DNA of 64,000 bases, taken from NCBI RefSeq assembly GCF_009914755.1, contig NC_060927.1; one strand, 5' to 3'. This document shows positions 55,561-64,000 of this stretch, one piece after another (position 1 is the first letter of the stretch; every line of letters begins with the position of its first letter). The translations under genes and the position numbers were made by a program. The notes beneath the pieces are model-generated. The model was not told the DNA's origin. It searched no databases and saw nothing but the letters and a program-made list of their open reading frames with translations. The DNA is from the human T2T-CHM13v2.0 reference genome, Homo sapiens.

Positions 55561-56119
55561 GTTTCCCACTTATGGTGCTTCAAGGGAATTGTAATTATGG
55601 TACTGGGTGGGGACAGCAGAACTAGCAGAAATTTGGGGGTTAATATTCTGAAAGAAGTATAAAATTCGAGGTGAAAGAAAATTTAGAAGCCATCTAGTTA
55701 AACCATCTCCTTTTACTGATAAAGAACATGAGGCCCAAAGAATATGATGTAGAACCCAGATTGCCTGGGTTCACCTCTTACAAACTATGAAAATTTGGTC
55801 CTCTTGATTCTTCTGTTTTCTCACCTGCAAAATGGAGATGGTAATAGAACCTACCTCAAAGGGTCATTCCAGGATTCAATGTCATCTATAATACATGTAT
55901 CTAGCTTCACCCATTCGAATGTTTGTATATAGGAACAAAAGAATTCATTAAGTATAAGAGTTAGGTGGAATGACTAAATAAAAGATTACTTACACATGTC
56001 ACTTTATTTTCTAATTCTTAGGGATATTAGAATAGAGAATAAGGAAGCATCTGGCCAGAAGCATATAGAGCAAAATCAAAAATCAAATTCAAATCATCAG
56101 CACGAGTATGGGTTATATT

Positions 56120-56590
56120 TTCTTTTGGTTTCTTGGGACTAATTTATAGACAGGAGGTTTACTATCTATCAGAGTACACCACTTAAAAAGTAACAGAAAA
56201 TCGTATCAACATTTGACTCTCCAAACTAAACAGTTATTACCTTGGTTAAGAAAAAATACTTAATAAGCAGTTGTTGGCATTGGTTTATCTATTTAATCAT
56301 GCCAAGGTTGCTGTCTCTGAAATTTTATTGCCCTTTCTCTCGTGGTCTCAAGATGGTTATTGGAGGTCCAGAAATTATGACCTCAGTCAAGGCAGGAAGA
56401 AGGAGGAAGGGAATGGTGTTAACCTCTTCTGTCCCTTTATCAGGAAAAGCAAAAGCATTTCTAGAAAACCTCAGCACACACATGTGAATATAGCATTTGC
56501 TGGATCCAGGGTCACCATGTTGTCCAAGTGGCTTTCTAGGGTAGACAGGAAATGGAGAGCGAGTTGTAAGTGGATTTTGGCTAGTCAACA
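56120..56590 (-). mobile_element. Ancient MLT1(J/K/L-like) LTR fragment
   Basis: tggtctcaagatgg...aggcaggaagaagg...tttatcaggaaaagcaaaagc. Confidence 0.55.
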
Positions 56591-56899
56591 GTATTATTTT
56601 GTTTGATGCTTATATTTAGGCCACATTTATACAGAAGCTAGGGTATATATTACTGGAAATGGGTAAAGAAACTGCCACTTGCAGAGTAACGATGAACTTC
56701 AACACTGTATGTTAGGCACTTTATGGTCATTATTTTATTTATTCCCCAAAATACCCTTTGAGAAAATAAATAAAATGAGATTCAGGAAGATGAAGCCTCT
56801 TACAAAGATTTTATACGTAATATTCTTTGAACAGAGGTCTGACCAACTTGAAAGTCTGTGTTTAAATTGAAACATAAAACAATGAAGAAAGCTGTAGAA

Positions 56900-57130
56900 T
56901 AACAGCCACCAGTTAGTGAATGCTTACTAAACATCAAGCATCACCAAAGCTAACACATTTAGAATTAAATTGCCACATTTATCCTTACAACAACAATCCT
57001 GTGAGGTATTCATATCCCCATTTTATAGATGGATAAATGGAGTCTAAAGAAGTTGGCTAAATTGTCCAAGGTAACTCAGCTAAAACTTTAAGGCTGGAGT
57101 TAGTATCCAGGTTTTGTCTAAATCCAAGCA
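56900..57130 (-). mobile_element. MIR
   Basis: aacaatcctgtgaggta...ccccattttatagatg. Confidence 0.75.
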
Positions 57131-57493
57131 ATTTGTTCCCAACAATGAAAACAATTTTCCATTTTCATCTATACTTAGGAGAGTCTTGTCTAACCTGCCA
57201 TCTTAACATGATGATTCTAAAGGTATACAAAATATAACCATGTAGGTGTTGGAAATGTCCAGTTGGATGTTTCCCCACTTAACTGCTACACATGTCAGGA
57301 TAAAGTCCCAAGCAAATGGTCTCAGGAGAAGAAAAATGGATGTTCCTAATTCCAGGGAAGTCTGGCATAGGTACTCTATCTTACTGATGATCTGGAATAG
57401 CCTTGAGGTTAAAAAAGACAGTTAAACAGAGGAAGTTGTGATGAAACAACCTGTTCTACTCCTATAAACAGTGTCATATAGTCTTCATTTAAA

Positions 57494-58459
57494 TTTTTTT
57501 TTTTTTATTATACTTTAAGTTCTGGGGTACATGTGCAGAACGTGCAGGTTTGTTACGTAGGTATACACGTGCCATGGTGGTTTGCTGCACCCATCAATCC
57601 GTCATCTACATTAGGTATTTCTCCTAATGCTATCCCTCCCCCCTGCCCCCACCCCAAGACAGGCCTCGGTGTGTGATGTTCCCCACCCTATGTCCATGTG
57701 TTCTCATTGTTCAACTCCCACCTAGTGAGAACTTGCCGTGTTTGGTTTTCTGTCCTTGTGATAGTTTGCTTAGAATGATGGTTTCCAGCTTCATCCATGT
57801 CCCTACAAAAGACATGAACTCATCCTTTTTTATGGCTGCATAGTATTCCATGGTGTATATGTGCCACAATTTCTTTATCCAGTCTATCGTTGATGGGCAT
57901 TTGAGTTGGTTCCAAGTCTTTGGTATTGTGAAGAGTGCTGCAATAAACATATGTGTCCATGTGTCTTTATAGTAGAATGATTATAATTCTTTGGGTATAT
58001 ACCCAGTAATGGGATTGCTGGGCCAAATGTTATTTCTGGTTCTAGATCCTTGAGGGATCGCCACACTGTCTTCCACTATGGTTGAACTAATTTACACTCC
58101 CACCAACAGTGTAAAAGAGTTCCTATTTCTCTGCATCCTCTCCAGCATCTGTTGTTTCCTGGCTTTTTAATGATCCCCATTCTAACTGGTGTGAGATGGT
58201 ATCTCATTGTGGTTTGGATTTGCATTTCTCTAATGACCAGTGTTGATGAGCTTTTTTTTCATGTTTGTTGGCCATATAAATGTCTTCTTTTGAGAAGTGT
58301 CTGTTAATATCCTTTGCCCACTTTTTGATGGGGTTGTTTTTTTCTTGTAAATTTGTTTAAATTTTTTTGTAAATTCTGGATATTAGCCCTTTGTCAGATG
58401 GATAGATTGCAAAAATTTTCTCCCATTCTGTAAGTTGCCTGTTCACTCTGATGACAGTT
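57494..58459 (-). mobile_element. L1PA (L1PA6/7-like), 5'-truncated, ~1 kb
   Basis: ttattatactttaagttctggggtacatgtgcag; ORF2 C-terminus MFIAALFTI.KTWNQ.KCPS...EYYAAIKKDEFMSF; TSD ttcattta. Confidence 0.96.
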
Positions 58460-58756
58460 TTCATTTAGAGCTTTTTAAATACAAATAAGACAGTAGGAAT
58501 AAAAACACACAAAAAACCCCCAGCACCTTAACATCAATGTTTCTCAAAAGGTCAAACTTATCATTCTCTTTGGTGTGTTAGAACATTCCAGTACTAGCGG
58601 CTATATAGAAATGAGAAAAGCCAAGTGTGAGACATTGCCTTTGCTGACGATGTGGTAATAGTTGTATGTGCTTATCAGGATGTTTAGACTGGTCACTCTT
58701 TGGAGGTGAAAGGATAAAAATGATGTTTTTTTTTTCTGTATAAATTGACTTTATTT

Positions 58757-59055
58757 ATTTATTTATTTATTTTGAGATAAGCTCTCACTCTGTCACCTAG
58801 CCTGGAGGTCAGTGGCACAATCACAACTCACTGCAGTCTCAACCTCCCAGGTTCAAGCCATCCTCCCACCTCAGCCTCCTGAGTAGCTAGGGCCACAGGC
58901 ACATGCCACCATACCCGGATAATTTTTTTTTTTTTTGGAGAGATGGGGTCTCCCTGTGTTGCCCAGGCTGGGTCATGTACTCCTGGGCTCAAGGGATCCT
59001 CCTGCCTGGCCTCCCAAAGTGCCAGGATTATAGGCATTAGCCACTATGCCCAGCC
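58757..59055 (-). mobile_element. Alu (AluJ-like)
   Basis: TSD taaattgactttattt / taaactgactttattt; (TTTA)n tail. Confidence 0.95.
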
Positions 59056-59734
59056 TGTAAACTGACTTTATTTAATGGTTCTTTGAAGTCCTAAACTCCT
59101 TTAGGGGCAGTTGTAAAGGGTTTCCCAAAGAAATGTTTCAACATCTTCCACTGTGTAGACTAAAAACATTTGCCTTGAGGGCATCAAATACACAGGAAAA
59201 CAGAGCACATACAATAGCTGACCACAACTTCCAAAGGAAAAAATAATAAAACAAAAAAAAGAATGAGATTTTATTGCCAGCACAACTATGATGAGTTTAC
59301 AAAATATATTCTCTGCCATAGGTATCCAGCCTAAACATCTGAATAACCTTGTATCTCAAGGTGTCTGTCCATTGATCTGATTGTTATTGATTTGGTCAGT
59401 CCTTATGGGTGAACTGTCCCCTCTAATGATCAGGAAAAGTCACTTGACGCAACACTAATCCCAAAGAGGAAGTGATTAGGCATTTTGAGTCCTTCTGGTT
59501 CCCTTCATTTAACAACCATTCCTTTCTGTAGCTTGAAGCTATAAATGCATGACATTACATTGCAATGTTAACAGTTTTTTCCCTTGTTACTATAAGACAA
59601 ACACATAGATATTGAATCTTTGTGTTTTTCAGAATAATTCAAATATATAGAACTCCATTCTGAGATTCTAACAATAGTATTTTCAATAATGGTGTGGACT
59701 CTTTAGTCTAATGATAATAATTACAAATAGTAGT

Positions 59735-60240
<506 letters not shown>

Positions 60241-61069
60241 AGAGATTGTGCAGCTAACCTAGAATTTAGAATTTTAATTTTAAAATTATCAAATGACATT
60301 TAATTATAATAATTTTCTGATGAGAAAGTGGGAGTGATTATGGCCATTGCTTCTCAATTCATTGCAATGCCTTTTACTTAGCTGGTGCTCGAGTAAATGT
60401 TTGATGAATGAAGAAATGAACCAATAATAAAATACAGAGGAAGTGCTCGTGCTTGAGTCATTTAGAATAATTGTATTTCCTTATTGTCTTCAACTATATT
60501 AAAGCATTGCCATGCGGATATTTGCTTATCTACGGAGTCTAATTTTAATGATTTGCATTGTTGCCTATTAGTACATGGATCATCCATGTTCCATGTTATT
60601 TTTTTCTATTAAAAACGTGTTTGTGCCACCTTTGGTTTCATTCACGTCCTCTTGACAGATAAACTAGTTAAAGGGCATGGAATCAAAGCCCTGAGCTGAC
60701 TGAGCAGAAACAAACATTCACCTGGGCAGCAGGATAACTCCTCCAAGAGGCAGTCGTCTTCTCTGCTTGCTGTCTGGAAGAACAACTTTAGAACCTGCTG
60801 TCATGGCAATTTTTCCTTAGGAAATCAGGTCGTGGTCCCAATTCAACAGTGAGTCTTTTACAAGGATTTAGGACCAGTGCTCCCAGGTTTTACAAATAAT
60901 GAGAATATATATTTTTCCTTTAGGGTAATCAATGAAAATAACAGCTGTAAAAAATTAAACTGCTTTCTCTTTGAGATTTGGAGAAAATGAATTTACAAAA
61001 CTTTAGCATATAGTATCACATTCTTTGAAGAAAATGAATACAAGACTGATTACCATACCTGTTTCTCAT

Positions 61070-61445
61070 TGTCTAAATTCCAAACACCTTGGTTTGGTAT
61101 GCAAGGCTTCCAAGCTCTAGCCCCAATATTATTCTTAGTCTTAAGTCCACCTTCTTCTATATGTATGTTATGCAAGACCAAAATGGATTATACATTGATT
61201 CCTGGATATTTGCTATATTTTCAGTTCTTCAACTCTGCTTGTAGAAATCCTACTTATTCTTCTAAGATGCAACTTCCTTTATGAAGTACTGATTGATGAC
61301 TCCAAATAAAGATGATCTGTTCTTCTTCTGAATCCCTTAATACTTTGTGCTTCTCTTATAATACTAAGTTCAAGATAAACCAAGTTCTATTTTTACTGTA
61401 AATCTTTATATATTTGCCATTTGTAAGTTCCTTGAGGGCAAGAGA
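61070..61445 (+). mobile_element. L2 fragment
   Basis: aaattccaaacacctt...caaggcttcca...ctagcccca; tgtaagttccttgagggcaag. Confidence 0.6.
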
Positions 61446-62594
61446 AATAGCATATCCTTTTGGAAGGAGACTATGCTGGGGAGTCTTAAATTGATCTGGT
61501 TTGGAATTGTGGAATTAGGTCTGATGAACAAGAATAAGAGAATAGAGGGTTCAATAGGATAATAATTGGTATTTTAGAAAGGCTAATTAAAGTTAATTCA
61601 ATTTAAAAGAAGATCAAAATTTCATAAGTAAATGCTATTAAAAATTTGGTTGTCTTTGGATGTGAAAGTAAGTTTATTTTTTCTTACATTTAATATAATT
61701 TATATTTGACTATACTCTATTAGAATGAACAAAAAAAGTTCAAATAATTTTCCTCTTAACTTTGCAAAACTATTCATCGATTTTCCTAAACATTCTCTAA
61801 ATCTCTCAATATTCAGATTATTCCTTTTAAAATTGCAAATAGCATTATTACTCTTGAAGACATCTCATCTTCAACTATTAAATGTCTAGACTTGGCCATT
61901 TCCTAATTTGTTAGTGATTGTTCTTGTGATTCAAGTAATCTCCAATATCATTCTCATTAATTTCATAATATTTTAAATATTTTACTAGAAATGTAATATC
62001 TTTTTAAAGTACTTAGTATTATGTTTGCATTTTAGGCTAATACTCATTGAGAGACTGGTAGGCAAACACGTTGAACTAAAGAGCTGTAGTAGATAATGTC
62101 CAATGGGGAAAAATGTTTGAGTAGAGACTAACTGCAAGTGATCAGTTTACTGTGCATACCTTTATGTTATTCTCCCTACTAGAGCATTGGACAGTGAACA
62201 CTCAGATGAGACTCATCTCTGTTATATGTTTGAATTGACTTTTTCTTCCTATTTTTTTCCTTGGCATTCTACTGGGGATCATTGCATATGAATGTGCAGT
62301 TTATGTCTGTAGAAGGTGCCAAACTGAGGGCAACAGGGCAAACACACAAATGCCCCTTGGAGAAGAGATACCTTCTTCTTTGCACAATTCCATGCTCACC
62401 TGTGGCAAACCTTTAAAAAATATAACAAAGGCACCACATACACCAAAGCTAGCCCTGGTTCCATAATTCTCTTCCTCATTCCACTTCAACCAGCCATGTC
62501 ATTTTGCAGGTTCTGGTACATTCCATGCAAACTGCCTCCACAGGGCCTTCAGACTTACTGTTATGTTCCCCCCACCCCGCCCCACTGTCTTTTT

Positions 62595-63670
62595 GTTTTC
62601 TAAAACATTTGAAAGTAAGTTGCAGACATCATGCTATTTTATCCTAAATGCTTCAGCACATGCCTTATAAGAACAGCATCATGCTTCCACAGGAACATTA
62701 GTTTTCATATCTGAGAAACTGAACATTAATAATATTATTCAACATACAGTTCTATTCAAAGTTCTCCAATTGTTTTATGTGTTTCCCCTATAAGTTGTGT
62801 GAATGTGGTTTTTAATATTTTTACTTTTTAGAATCTAACCAGGGATCACAATTTGCCTTTGGTTATCATGTGTTCTTAGCTTCCTTTAATCTATAATCAT
62901 CTCTTTTGTTTTGTTTGTTAATTTGTTTGGCCTTTCGTATCTTGACAGTTTTGACAAATTCAGGTAAACTGTTCTGGAAAATGTTCCACAATTTGGAACA
63001 CATCAGGTTAAATATTTTGTTCAGGAACATGACAGCAAGGTGATATTGTGGCTTCCCATTGTATCATATCAGGAGGTACATAATGGTAATTTGTCCCATT
63101 ATTGGTGATGCTTACTTTGATCCCTGGGCTAAGATGTTCTCACTATTGCAAAATTTCCCTTTTTTTCCTTCATAATTCATAATAATCTGTTGGGTGAAAT
63201 GCTGACAATGTGGAGGTCATTTTACTCTATGTTTTTAAGTAATATTTGATGATTGTTGCCTAAATCAATTCTGAGATTGTTTGCAAAATAGTTATTTTCT
63301 AATTGTATCATTTCTTCCACTTATAGTAGCTGGCATACTTTTTTTGAGGTTTTTTTTTTTTTTTTCCTGCTACCCCCTCTATATTTAGTTGACTTAAAAT
63401 GCAATATGTTATGATTTTTTTTCTTTAATGCTCAAATAGTCTCAAATTTGGTCAGCTGGATCTTTCAAACTTGTCCTTATGCCTTTTTGTTATGTCCCCA
63501 TTAATCATTGAGGACCTTCTTGTTTTCTGACATTATAAGAACATTTAAAATCATCAGCGATTTTTCTTGCCCTCAGCCATTTTTCCAAGGAACTGAAGTT
63601 CCTTTATGGGGAGAATGGTATTTAGAAACTAAGATGTTGGCACCAGATGAGCACATCAATGTTAGGTTGG
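62595..63670 (-). mobile_element. Ancient L1MC-like 3' fragment
   Basis: catttgaaagtaagttgcagacatcatg; cagccatttttccaaggaac...ggagaatggtatttagaaact. Confidence 0.75.
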
Positions 63671-64000
63671 GCATGACCAATTTCCACTTCTACTGTATCT
63701 GGTCCATTTCCATTCCTCTTTCTCTTGTTCCCACTTATCTAATTTTGGATTTTATGCAATTAAAGCATTTACTTCCTTTGCATTTTCTGTGGTTAAGCAG
63801 TTAATTTCATGTGTTTCTACCTAAAATTCTATGTGATTCCTAAAGATTGGCAAGTGGTGAGAATCCCTCTGTCTTCATCTGACAATGAGAAAGCTCTAAA
63901 ATTCCACACGTTATTCAAGTATTTTGCAGTCACCTCTGTTTGTCTTTCATCTGATTTTTACAGATGTTCTAAAGTTCCCAAAATAAATAGAGGTAATCAG

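Overview
Primate (human-like), AT-rich, repeat-dense non-coding genomic DNA, either intergenic or deep intronic. No intact protein-coding gene, tRNA/rRNA gene or CRISPR array is recognisable; the ORFs I could place are pieces of Alu, L1, Tigger or ERV. Main content: (1) a near-complete but decayed ~9.2 kb class I (ERV1, MER4-group, MER87-like LTRs) provirus at 22.5-31.7 kb with a tRNA-Leu PBS and gag-pro-pol-env remnants (env N-terminus resembles EnvV), carrying nested insertions and two unusual templated/filler insertions; (2) full-length Tigger1 and Tigger4 fossils and a Tigger3-family element; (3) a two-LTR MLT1 element, several solo LTRs and an LTR33/ERVL gag fragment; (4) 16 Alus, 2 primate L1 3' ends and many MIR/L2/L1M fragments. 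Candidate regulatory signals: an ISG15-like triple ISRE plus two GAS sites in the first 200 bp, a consensus CTCF site at 16.55 kb, a TTGACA (TALE-homeodomain core) cluster with a G4/GC-box tract at 36.4-36.9 kb, and recursive-splice-like YAG|GT motifs. Repeat family names come from recalled consensus sequences and need RepeatMasker/Dfam confirmation; boundaries of old elements are approximate.
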